The notes beneath the pieces were generated by a model that worked only from the letters and a program-made list of their open reading frames with translations, ran no database searches and was not told the origin of the DNA. 64,000 nucleotides of DNA from Flavobacteriaceae bacterium UBA7684 (lineage in GTDB: Bacteria > Bacteroidota > Bacteroidia > Flavobacteriales > Flavobacteriaceae), in the NCBI GenBank assembly GCA_002482885.1, contig DLGW01000019.1, positions 6,111-70,110 on the forward strand, written 5' to 3'. Below, piece after piece: positions 50,502 through 59,213 of the stretch. The first letter of the stretch is position 1. Each line of letters starts with the position of its first letter. A program made the position numbers and the translations under genes.

Positions 50502-50552
50502 TGCCACTTATCGCCCATTTCGCCCACTTATGCGAAAAATTCGCCCAGTTAT
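50502..50552 (+). promoter_or_regulatory. Three direct repeats CCA(C/G)TTAT at 20-21 bp spacing, LytTR-like binding sites
   Basis: CCACTTAT 50504, CCACTTAT 50524, CCAGTTAT 50545; upstream of a TAGTTTTG -7 box and the T9SS cargo gene. Confidence 0.5.
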
Positions 50553-50666
50553 GACTTGTGGATAGATTTCTTTGGCAGTTATTGACAAATCGCTCAGAAT
50601 AAGAATTTTTAAGGGTGATTGAAAAAACTTAGTTTTGGAAAACTTTCAAATAAATAATACAAAAAA

Positions 50667-52094
50667 ATGAAGCATTTTTTAATCCTTATTATTGCTATCG
50701 TATATTTTAATCCTGTTGTAGGGCAAACCCCTGTTGTTGAATGGAAAAAAAATATCTCCACAGGACATCCAAAAATTATTATCCAAACTAATGAAAATGG
50801 ATTCGCCAGTTTAACCCATTTTGACAATGTTATTACGCTAACCAAAAGCGATGAAAATGGAGATTTATTATGGGATTATAAATTTGAAAATGCATTTCCA
50901 AATCAGATAAGTAATTTTATTGAAACAAAAAACGGTGATTTTTTATTGGTTGGAAGTCAATCAAATCCTTCTACAAGTACAGATTTGTGGTTGATTAAAT
51001 TGGATAAAAATGGAAATTACTTATGGCAAAAAAGTTTTGGAGGAAAAGTTCTAGATTCAGGCGTTGATATTATTGAGTCTTCGGATAATAATATCCTAGT
51101 AGTGGGTTTTACAAGTTCTTTAGATGGAGATGTTTCTAATAATAATGGATATATAGATGTTTGGGTAGTTAAAGTTGATTTTGATGGAAATGTCATTTGG
51201 AAAAGAACTTATGGAGGCACGGGAGAAGAAGTTCCATTTTTAATTAAAAAATCAAAGGAAGGATACTGGATTCAGGGGAAAACATCTGGTTCTACAGATG
51301 GGAACTTAAATAATAGCTATAATAGAAAAGGTTCATGGAATTTTCATATTAATGAACAAGGGGAAATCACAAAACAGATTGTTTTAGACTTTGTTTCATC
51401 TGTATTTATGGAAGAAGATAATGGTTATCTAAGCGTTTTTTATAACGAAATAGAAAAACAATATTCTGTGGTTAAATTTGACTTAAACGGAAAATACATT
51501 TGGGATAAAAAACTCGATTTGAAAGGAGAATATTATTCTTTGAATAATATAATTCAATTAAATACTAAAGAATTTATTTTTTATGGTAGTAATTTAACTT
51601 CTGAATTAACTCGTGATAGGGAAGTTTTTTTAATGAAATATGATTCCAATTTTAATAAAATTTGGGAAATTAATTTAGGAACGGAACTTATTGATTATTC
51701 AGTTAGTAAAGGATTAAAAATACTTTCGGATGATGAATATTTAGTATTTGGTTCAACACAAATACTAAATACAGAGGAAAGTACAGAAATGATTCCGCTT
51801 AATTTAAGCAATTGGGTAACTAAAGTCTCCGAACCGAATCTTGCGACTACAGAATTTAGCAATAGCAATTCTGTTGATTTTAGTCCAAATCCAGTAAAAG
51901 ACGTTCTAAATATTACAAACAACGAGAATATTAGCCGAATTTATATTTTTAATTACTTAGGTCAATTAGTATACGATTCATATCTGAATTCTGAAACAAC
52001 AAGTATAAATACAACTAATTTGTGTTCTGGAAATTATATTCTAAAACTTGAAACGATAAATAATACTAAAACCATAAAGTTTATTAAACAATAG
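50667..52094 (+). CDS. T9SS type A cargo protein with beta-propeller-like repeats
   Basis: Repeats WLIKLDKNGNYLWQKSFGG / WVVKVDFDGNVIWKRTYGG; CTD SPNPVKD..FNYLGQ..GNYILK..KFIKQ. Confidence 0.88.
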   Translation: MKHFLILIIAIVYFNPVVGQTPVVEWKKNISTGHPKIIIQTNENGFASLTHFDNVITLTKSDENGDLLWDYKFENAFPNQISNFIETKNGDFLLVGSQSNPSTSTDLWLIKLDKNGNYLWQKSFGGKVLDSGVDIIESSDNNILVVGFTSSLDGDVSNNNGYIDVWVVKVDFDGNVIWKRTYGGTGEEVPFLIKKSKEGYWIQGKTSGSTDGNLNNSYNRKGSWNFHINEQGEITKQIVLDFVSSVFMEEDNGYLSVFYNEIEKQYSVVKFDLNGKYIWDKKLDLKGEYYSLNNIIQLNTKEFIFYGSNLTSELTRDREVFLMKYDSNFNKIWEINLGTELIDYSVSKGLKILSDDEYLVFGSTQILNTEESTEMIPLNLSNWVTKVSEPNLATTEFSNSNSVDFSPNPVKDVLNITNNENISRIYIFNYLGQLVYDSYLNSETTSINTTNLCSGNYILKLETINNTKTIKFIKQ

Positions 52095-52164
52095 GCGCTA
52101 AAAGGGCATTTGTGTAAATGATATTTCTGAAATAGTTTTGGGAAAAATATCAAAAACCAGATTC

Positions 52165-52284
52165 ATGAAAAACCAGATTCTAACCCCATTAATGCTTCTT
52201 TTTTCGTTATTCGCTTGGTCACAAACCACCAAACTAAAATTTGAATATGATGTTGCGAGTAATATGCATGCTACAAGAATATAA
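52165..52284 (+). pseudogene. 39-aa signal-peptide ORF, probable truncated remnant of a secreted protein gene
   Basis: MKNQILTPLMLLFSLFAWSQTTKLKFEYDVASNMHATRI*; preceded by a TAGTTTTG -7 box. Confidence 0.5.
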
Positions 52285-52328
52285 ATAAAATTAGTAACCA
52301 ATTAATTTTTAAACTTAACAATATAATT

Positions 52329-52784
52329 ATGAAAATATTTTTTAAAACGCTATTTGTAATCTCAACGATTTTAGTTTTAAACTCATGTGCTTTAAGACCT
52401 ATTACATCAAGCTATGATTATCAAAAAAATAAAGTTGAAAGAATTGATTTTGATAAATTAGGAAACGGGCGAATATTGATTTATAACGGAGCAAATGCTT
52501 TACACAAAATTGACAATACAGCAAGATTAAATATTTGGATTGATGAAAAACCTATGGGGCAGATTAGAGCTAGTGAATATGCCATTATCGAATTAGAAAA
52601 AGGAACATATGATTTCAAACTTCTCCATGTAGATATGTTTAATTTTAAAAGTAATCATAAGATAGAAATTGATGAAAAAACGAAAATAATTAAGATTAAG
52701 CCGACGGTTACATCTAATGAGTTGACAATAACAAATACGCTTCCGAATAATTTTGACAAGTTCAAGTACGTGGAAAATAGATAA
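52329..52784 (+). CDS. Lipoprotein, DUF2846-like
   Basis: Lipobox LNSC; GRILIY..LNIWIDEKPMGQI..YAIIELEKGTY. Confidence 0.65.
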   Translation: MKIFFKTLFVISTILVLNSCALRPITSSYDYQKNKVERIDFDKLGNGRILIYNGANALHKIDNTARLNIWIDEKPMGQIRASEYAIIELEKGTYDFKLLHVDMFNFKSNHKIEIDEKTKIIKIKPTVTSNELTITNTLPNNFDKFKYVENR

Positions 52785-52860
52785 AATACCAAACGTCTGA
52801 ACAAGCCGAAAAAAGACGATAAATAAGAAGTAAGCATAATCTAAAAGAAAAGAAAGACCA

Positions 52861-53358
52861 ATGAAAAAAAGAATGATTTCTATGGCATTAGCAGCCTTAA
52901 TTTTAACCAGTAGTTGTGCCAGTATTGTTAGCAAAAGCGAATATCCAATTGCAATTAACAGTACACCATCAGAAGCAAAAATAACCGTAACCAACAAAAA
53001 AGGAATTGTTGTTTATGAAGGTAATACTCCTTCTAACATATATCTAAAATCTGGTGCCGGTTTCTTTTCTAAAGCCGCATATACTGTAAAATTTGAAAAA
53101 GACGGTTACGATGCACGAACAGTTCCAGTTGAATTTAAAGTTGATGGTTGGTATTGGGGGAATCTTGTATTTGGAGGACTTTTAGGATTTTTAATCATCG
53201 ACCCAGCGACAGGTGCCATGTATAAATTGAAAACTGAGTTTTTAAATGAAACTTTAAGCAAATCAACTGCTGATGTTCATAGTCCTAAGTTAGAGGTTTA
53301 TTCAATCAATGATATTCCGGTAGAATGGAAAAACAATCTGGTTTTAATTCAGAAATAA
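52861..53358 (+). CDS. Lipoprotein with PEGA-like domain
   Basis: SSCASIV..INSTPSEAKI..G.TP..KDGY..WGNLVFGGLLG..IDPATGAMYKL. Confidence 0.78.
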   Translation: MKKRMISMALAALILTSSCASIVSKSEYPIAINSTPSEAKITVTNKKGIVVYEGNTPSNIYLKSGAGFFSKAAYTVKFEKDGYDARTVPVEFKVDGWYWGNLVFGGLLGFLIIDPATGAMYKLKTEFLNETLSKSTADVHSPKLEVYSINDIPVEWKNNLVLIQK

Positions 53359-53363
53359 ATCAG

Positions 53364-53404
53364 AAACAAAAAGAGGGCTGCTCATAAGCAGTCCTCTTTT
53401 GTTT
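53364..53404. terminator. Bidirectional intrinsic terminator
   Basis: AAACAAAAAGAGGGCTGCT-cata-AGCAGTCCTCTTTTGTTT between convergent genes. Confidence 0.85.
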
Positions 53405-53430
53405 GATGTTGTACCGTTTTGGGAAACGGC

Positions 53431-54678
53431 CTAATACCACCTCTTTTTATTCTTCTTTGAACTTTCTGATTTTCTGGAATTGGTGTTCTCTTTGTTTTTG
53501 TTGCGTAAATCGGGTTTGGCATCGGCTGGTTTTTCTACTTCGCTCCAAGGAAACGGGTGATCAGAAATGGTTTTTACCTTAGCCTTAGTTAACAGTTCAA
53601 TGTCTTTCCAGTATGGTTTTTCATCTTTACTACAAAACGAAATCGCAATGCCTTCGCGTCCGGCACGGGCAGTTCTGCCAATACGGTGCACATAGGTTTC
53701 AGGAATATTGGGTAAATCTAGGTTTACCACAAACGAAAGTTGGTCAATATCAATACCACGGGCAGCAATGTCGGTTGCTACTAAAACACTTACTTCTTTG
53801 CTTTTAAATTTATCTAACGCTCTTTGACGCGCCGATTGAGATTTATCCCCGTGAATGGCTTCTGCTTGAATTCCATTTTTTTCTAAAGCTTTTACTACGT
53901 TGTCGGCTCCGTGTTTGGTGCGTACAAAAACCAACACATCGGTCATTTTATCGTTTCGGATAATATGGTACAACAGTTTGCGTTTGTCTTCTTTTTCTAC
54001 AAAATAAATGCGTTGAGCCACTTTTTCGGCAGTGGAAGAAACTGGAGTTACTTCTACCCATTTTGGGGATTTTAAAAATTGGTCTGCCATTTCACGAATA
54101 GCCATGGGCATGGTGGCCGAAAACAAAATCGTTTGGCGATTATCGGGCGTTAACTTGATGATTTTTTTCACATCATGAATAAAACCCATATCTAACATTT
54201 GATCAGCTTCATCCAACACCAAAAAATGTAAATGATCTAAATCTACAAAACCTTGTTTGTGTAAATCCAATAACCTACCCGGTGTGGCTACTAAAACATC
54301 GACTCCTTTTTTTAAAACATCGACTTGCGGAACTTGCGAAACACCACCAAAAACCGTCAATTGATTCAAGTGCGTAAACATGCCATAAGCATCAAAGTTT
54401 TGACCGATTTGTACCGCCAATTCACGCGTAGGTGTAACCACCAAACAACGAATTTTTTTAGCTTTTTTAGCGGAACCACCTAAACGATTCAAATGTTGTA
54501 CAATCGGAATCGCAAACGCTGCGGTTTTACCGGTACCCGTTTGCGCACAACCAACCAAATCATTACCCGCAATTAATAACGGAATGCATTTTTCTTGTAT
54601 AGGCGTAGGGGTGGTGTAACCTTGTTCTTCAATAGCTTTTAAAACAGTTGGCGATAAATCAAAATCTTCAAATTTCAT
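53431..54678 (-). CDS. DEAD-box RNA helicase (RhlE-like)
   Basis: PTPIQ, AQTGTGKT, PTRELA, DEAD, SAT, ARGID, HRIGRTAR. Confidence 0.96.
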   Translation of the reverse strand: MKFEDFDLSPTVLKAIEEQGYTTPTPIQEKCIPLLIAGNDLVGCAQTGTGKTAAFAIPIVQHLNRLGGSAKKAKKIRCLVVTPTRELAVQIGQNFDAYGMFTHLNQLTVFGGVSQVPQVDVLKKGVDVLVATPGRLLDLHKQGFVDLDHLHFLVLDEADQMLDMGFIHDVKKIIKLTPDNRQTILFSATMPMAIREMADQFLKSPKWVEVTPVSSTAEKVAQRIYFVEKEDKRKLLYHIIRNDKMTDVLVFVRTKHGADNVVKALEKNGIQAEAIHGDKSQSARQRALDKFKSKEVSVLVATDIAARGIDIDQLSFVVNLDLPNIPETYVHRIGRTARAGREGIAISFCSKDEKPYWKDIELLTKAKVKTISDHPFPWSEVEKPADAKPDLRNKNKENTNSRKSESSKKNKKRWY

Positions 54679-54711
54679 GTATAGGGTAAAAAATTAAGCG
54701 CCAAAGGTCGG

Positions 54712-54760
54712 GATTTAAAATTTAAGATTCTAGATTTGAGAATCTAGATTTGAGATTGAT
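54712..54760. repeat. Degenerate 7-mer tandem array (7 units)
   Basis: GATTTAA AATTTAA GATTCTA GATTTGA GAATCTA GATTTGA GATTGAT. Confidence 0.7.
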
Positions 54761-54818
54761 TTTTTTGGCTTCGAATATTTGAAAACGATTTTTTTAGAAA
54801 TTAGCCAAAAAAAATTAC

Positions 54819-55190
54819 ATGCCTAATTCAGAAAACGTTTTTCAAATTCCGCAACAATACCGAAAACTAGAAAATCTGCATATTTTTTTATGGTTGATTA
54901 AAGATTTATGTTGGGTAATGTTATGGAAACCTTTGGGTTTGTTTATGGTTATTCCTACGGTAGGGGCTGCGGTGGTCATTGCTTGGCAAACCCGAAAAAT
55001 ATATAGTGAATTAATGCACAATATTGCGGTAGTTTTTTGGATTTTAGCCAATGCTTATTGGATGATTGTGGAATTCTTTTTTGAAAAAGACGAGTTAAGA
55101 TATTACGCTGCCATTCCGTTTGTTTTAGGTTTGTTGGTTCTTGTGTATTATTATACTTCGGAATTTTTTAAAGCGAACCGAAAATTCTAA
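54819..55190 (+). CDS. Small multi-pass membrane protein (hypothetical)
   Basis: ENLHIFLWLIKDLCW..HNIAVVFWILANAYWM; about four hydrophobic helices. Confidence 0.8.
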   Translation: MPNSENVFQIPQQYRKLENLHIFLWLIKDLCWVMLWKPLGLFMVIPTVGAAVVIAWQTRKIYSELMHNIAVVFWILANAYWMIVEFFFEKDELRYYAAIPFVLGLLVLVYYYTSEFFKANRKF

Positions 55191-55200
55191 AATTTCTGTT

Positions 55201-55319
55201 GTGTAAACGATTGAGGGATTGTTGGAGTTCCTTTAAATCAAGGGGCTTTAGACCTTGATTTAAAGAACGACTCCCGAAAGCGTGACAGCATTCGCCTTGT
55301 GGCGGATGGTGATACACCC
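55201..55319 (+). repeat. Dispersed structured intergenic element, full copy 2
   Basis: GTGTA-A-ACG-ATTGA-GGGA-TTGTTGGAGTTC-[13-bp stem]-AACGAC-TCCC-GAAAG-CGT-GA-[hairpin]-A-TACAC-CC. Confidence 0.85.
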
Positions 55320-55381
55320 AAAAAAATAGGATTTCTTCCAACTCTCTTTTTTTCAGCCTATATTTGCCAAAAGATTTTTTT

Positions 55382-55993
55382 ATGAGTGTAATTCAATTTA
55401 TTAAGTCTAAAACATTTTTTAAGCATTTGGGCATTATGGCAGCCATTGTAATTGCGCTGTCTATAGGGGTGATGAAATGGCTGGAAAGTTCAACCAATCA
55501 TGGGCAAGAAATTACCGTTCCAGATTTAAGAAAGTTAACACTATCTAAGGTTTCCGAAAAATTAGAAGGTATTGAACTGGAATATGTTTTGGTAGATTCG
55601 GTGGATTATCGAAGTGATTTTCCTCCGTTGTCTGTAGTGCAACAAGATCCTTTTCCGGGGGAAAAAGTAAAAAGTAATCGTAAAATTTATATTAAAATCA
55701 ACTCGTCTACTTTTGGGAATATCACTTTGCCAGAATTGATTCAAGTATCTTATCGTCAGGCTATTCCTACTTTAAAAGCCGCAGGTTTACAATTGGGAAC
55801 AGTTACTTACGTGCCTAATATTGGTAAAGACATGGTGTTGGAAGTTAAAATGAACGGAAGAACTCTTAAAGGAGGTGAAAAAGTAAAAAAATCATCAAAA
55901 ATTGATTTGGTGTTGGGGGACGGAAATGCAGGTTCAGTAACGGATTCTATTATTTCGATTGAACAAATTATGAATGATGTAAAATCTTTTTAA
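55382..55993 (+). CDS. PASTA domain-containing membrane protein
   Basis: TM followed by TNHGQEITVPDL, VVQQDP.PG.KVK..RKIY; adjacent to an RluA-family gene; ATG at 55382. Confidence 0.9.
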   Translation: MSVIQFIKSKTFFKHLGIMAAIVIALSIGVMKWLESSTNHGQEITVPDLRKLTLSKVSEKLEGIELEYVLVDSVDYRSDFPPLSVVQQDPFPGEKVKSNRKIYIKINSSTFGNITLPELIQVSYRQAIPTLKAAGLQLGTVTYVPNIGKDMVLEVKMNGRTLKGGEKVKKSSKIDLVLGDGNAGSVTDSIISIEQIMNDVKSF

Positions 55994-57036
55994 TGGATAA
56001 TTACGCAGAACCAATTGAATTAGAAGACGAATTATTTGAACACCACCGATTTGTAGTGCCCAAAGGGCAATCCATGTTACGGATTGATAAATATTTAATG
56101 GGTTTGATTGAAAATGCTACCCGAAATAAAATTCAACAATCGGCTACCGAGGGCAATATTTTAGTAAATGATATTCCTGTAAAATCCAATTATAGGGTAA
56201 AGGGCGGGGATGTGATTCGTATTGTGTTGTCGTATCCTCCGTTCGAGAATTTGGTTTTACCCGAAAATATTCCTTTAAATATTGTTTTTGAAGACGACCA
56301 ATTGTTGGTGATTAACAAACCTGCGGGTTTGGTAGTGCACCCCGGACACGGAAATTACACAGGAACATTGGTGAATGCTTTAGCGTACCATTTTGAAAAC
56401 TTACCGAATAACAGTAGCGACCGACCTGGTTTGGTTCATAGAATAGATAAAAACACTTCGGGATTATTGGTGATTGCCAAAACCGAACAAGCCATGACGC
56501 ATTTGGCCAAACAGTTTGCCGATAAAACTTCGGAACGAGAATACATTGCTTTGGTTTGGGGAAATGTAAAAGATGATGAGGGAACCATTGAAGGTAATAT
56601 TGCCCGACATGTAAAAGACCGTATGCAAATGGCAGTTTTTTTAGATGAAGAAATCGGAAAACCAGCCGTAACGCATTATAAAGTATTGGAAAGATTTGGT
56701 TACGTAACCTTAATTTCTTGCAAACTAGAAACAGGAAGAACGCATCAAATTCGGGTACATTTAAAACATATCGGTCACACCTTGTTTAATGATGAACGAT
56801 ATGGCGGCAACTTGATTTTAAAAGGAACCACCTTTACCAAATACAAACAATTTATAGACAATTGTTTTAAAACCTTACCCCGCCAAGCCTTACACGCCAA
56901 AACCTTAGGTTTTGAACATCCTACCACTAAGGAATTCATGCGATTTGATTCTGAATTGCCTAGTGATATTACAGAATGTATAGAAAAATGGAGGGGTTAC
57001 GCCAAGTCGCACACTCCAGAGGAAGAAGAAGTTTAA
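55993..57036 (+). CDS. rluD: RluD-type 23S rRNA pseudouridine synthase
   Basis: S4 domain RIDKYL, NKPAGLVVHP, VHRIDKNTSG, ETGRTHQIRVH, RQALHA. Confidence 0.9.
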   Translation: MDNYAEPIELEDELFEHHRFVVPKGQSMLRIDKYLMGLIENATRNKIQQSATEGNILVNDIPVKSNYRVKGGDVIRIVLSYPPFENLVLPENIPLNIVFEDDQLLVINKPAGLVVHPGHGNYTGTLVNALAYHFENLPNNSSDRPGLVHRIDKNTSGLLVIAKTEQAMTHLAKQFADKTSEREYIALVWGNVKDDEGTIEGNIARHVKDRMQMAVFLDEEIGKPAVTHYKVLERFGYVTLISCKLETGRTHQIRVHLKHIGHTLFNDERYGGNLILKGTTFTKYKQFIDNCFKTLPRQALHAKTLGFEHPTTKEFMRFDSELPSDITECIEKWRGYAKSHTPEEEEV

Positions 57037-57052
57037 ACTAAATATATTTAAG

Positions 57053-57892
57053 ATGTCCGAAATTAACTGGCAAACTGTCAAAAAATTCGAAGATATTACT
57101 TACCAAAAATGCAACGGCGTAGCCCGAATTGCATTCAACAGACCCGAGGTAAGAAACGCTTTCAGACCCAAAACTACCGCTGAATTGTATCAAGCCTTTT
57201 ATGATGCACAAGAAGATACTTCTATAGGGGTAGTTTTACTTTCTGCCGAAGGGCCATCGCCTAAAGATGGCGTGTATTCTTTTTGTAGCGGAGGTGATCA
57301 AAAAGCGCGCGGACATCAAGGTTATGTAGGCGAAGATGGTATGCACCGATTGAATATTTTAGAAGTACAACGTTTGATTCGTTTTATGCCTAAAGTAGTG
57401 ATTGCGGTGGTTCCGGGTTGGGCAGTAGGAGGCGGACACAGTTTACATGTAGTTTGCGATTTAACCCTAGCCAGCAAAGAACACGCGATTTTTAAACAAA
57501 CCGATGCCGATGTAACCAGTTTTGACGGCGGATACGGTTCGGCTTATTTAGCCAAAATGGTAGGTCAAAAAAAGGCGCGTGAGATTTTCTTTTTAGGAAG
57601 AAATTATTCTGCACAAGAAGCTTACGACATGGGCATGGTAAATGCGGTCATTCCGCACGAGGAACTAGAATCTACCGCTTATGAGTGGGCACAAGAAATA
57701 TTAGCCAAATCACCAACGTCTATAAAAATGCTGAAATTCGCCATGAATTTAACCGACGACGGCATGGTAGGACAACAGGTTTTTGCAGGCGAAGCCACCC
57801 GATTAGCCTACATGACCGACGAAGCCAAAGAAGGACGCAACGCCTTTTTAGAAAAACGCAAACCCAATTTTGAAAAAAAATGGATTCCATAA
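57053..57892 (+). CDS. menB: 1,4-dihydroxy-2-naphthoyl-CoA synthase
   Basis: RPEVRNAFRP, FCSGGDQ, RLNILEVQRLIR, SFDGGYG, EGRNAFLEKR. Confidence 0.98.
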   Translation: MSEINWQTVKKFEDITYQKCNGVARIAFNRPEVRNAFRPKTTAELYQAFYDAQEDTSIGVVLLSAEGPSPKDGVYSFCSGGDQKARGHQGYVGEDGMHRLNILEVQRLIRFMPKVVIAVVPGWAVGGGHSLHVVCDLTLASKEHAIFKQTDADVTSFDGGYGSAYLAKMVGQKKAREIFFLGRNYSAQEAYDMGMVNAVIPHEELESTAYEWAQEILAKSPTSIKMLKFAMNLTDDGMVGQQVFAGEATRLAYMTDEAKEGRNAFLEKRKPNFEKKWIP

Positions 57893-57898
57893 AAAACG

Positions 57899-57927
57899 AA
57901 AGCTGTCTGTAAAAAGGCAGCTTTTTT
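57899..57927 (+). terminator. Intrinsic terminator after menB
   Basis: AAAGCTGTCT-gtaaaa-AGGCAGCTTTTTT. Confidence 0.75.
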
Positions 57928-57943
57928 GTTTTAGAGATATTTC

Positions 57944-58060
57944 CCGTTAGGGATGGAGCCATTGTTGGAGCTCTTGTTTATGGAATGCAATGGAATAAAC
58001 AAAGCGACTGGCGAGAGCCCGACCACAATCCGTCCTTTTTGGCGGATTGTGGGAACGGCA
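57944..58060 (+). repeat. Dispersed structured intergenic element, full copy 3
   Basis: CCGTT-A-GGG-ATGGA-GCCA-TTGTTGGAGCTC-[TTGTTTA..TAAACAA]-AGCGAC-TGGC-GAGAG-CCC-GA-CCACAATCCG..CGGATTGTGG-G-AACGG-CA. Confidence 0.85.
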
Positions 58061-58121
58061 TAATAATTTACGTTAAAATAAATGAGCAAAGGTTATCGAT
58101 TATCTTTTTACCTTTGCCGTT

Positions 58122-59165
58122 ATGCAAACAAACAAACAAGACATACGGGCTTTGAGCAAAGAGGAGCTTCGGGCTTTTTTTGAAACGAAAGGAGAGAAAG
58201 CTTTTAGAGCCAATCAGGTGTATGAATGGTTGTGGAGCAAAGGGGCTCACGATTTTGACGCGATGACCAATTTGTCATTACCTGTAAGACAAATGTTAGA
58301 AGATAACTTTGTAATTAATCACATCCATTTAGATAAGGTTCAAAAAAGTGCCGATGGAACCATTAAAAATGCGGTGCGTTTGTTTGATGGTTTGGTGGTG
58401 GAATCGGTTTTGATTCCTACAGAAACTCGAACCACGGCTTGTGTTTCCAGTCAAGTAGGTTGTAGTTTGGATTGTAATTTTTGCGCTACGGCTCAATTAA
58501 AAAGAATGCGCAATTTAACTCCCGATGAAATTTACGATCAGGTATTGGCTATTAACAACGAAAGTAAACAATACCATAACCGTTCGTTAAGTAATATTGT
58601 TTTTATGGGGATGGGTGAGCCTTTAATGAATTATAATAATGTGATGAAGGCGATTGATAAAATTACGGGTGATGAAGGTTTGGGTATGTCCCCAAAAAGA
58701 ATTACGGTTTCTACTTCGGGTTTGCCTAAGATGATTAAAAAAATGGCTGATGATGAGGTTAAATTCAAACTTGCGGTTTCGTTACATTCGGCAGTGGAAG
58801 AGGTTAGAAACGAGATTATGCCATTTAGTAAAAACTTTCCTTTACCAGAATTGTTACAATCTTTAAAATATTGGTATCAAAAAACAAAAAGCAAAGTCAC
58901 TTTTGAATATGTGGTTTGGAAAGGCATTAATGATACTTCAAAAGATATTCAGGCCTTGGTTAAGTTTTGTAAACAAGTGCCGTGTAAAGTGAATCTAATA
59001 GAATACAATCCTATTGATGATGGCGTGTTTCAACAAGCCGATGAACAAGCCATTAATGCTTACATCAATGCGTTGGAAAATAATGGTATTGTTGCTAAAG
59101 TACGCCGCAGTCGCGGGAAAGATATTGATGCGGCTTGTGGGCAATTGGCCAATAAGAATATATAA
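58122..59165 (+). CDS. rlmN: 23S rRNA (adenine2503-C2)-methyltransferase, radical SAM
   Basis: CVSSQVGCSLDCNFC, MGMGEP, AVSLHS, DIDAACGQL. Confidence 0.97.
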   Translation: MQTNKQDIRALSKEELRAFFETKGEKAFRANQVYEWLWSKGAHDFDAMTNLSLPVRQMLEDNFVINHIHLDKVQKSADGTIKNAVRLFDGLVVESVLIPTETRTTACVSSQVGCSLDCNFCATAQLKRMRNLTPDEIYDQVLAINNESKQYHNRSLSNIVFMGMGEPLMNYNNVMKAIDKITGDEGLGMSPKRITVSTSGLPKMIKKMADDEVKFKLAVSLHSAVEEVRNEIMPFSKNFPLPELLQSLKYWYQKTKSKVTFEYVVWKGINDTSKDIQALVKFCKQVPCKVNLIEYNPIDDGVFQQADEQAINAYINALENNGIVAKVRRSRGKDIDAACGQLANKNI

Positions 59166-59196
59166 AAAAATCCCCCGCCATTGGCGGGGGATTTTT
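59164..59196. terminator. Bidirectional intrinsic terminator after rlmN
   Basis: AAAAAAATCCCCCGCC-att-GGCGGGGGATTTTT. Confidence 0.9.
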
Positions 59197-59213
59197 AGTT
59201 GGTTATATTAAGA

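Noticed and set aside
50502-50552. Short repeats as a possible CRISPR or iteron array
   Set aside because: Units are only 8-12 bp with no unique spacers of CRISPR length, and there is no cas or rep gene nearby.
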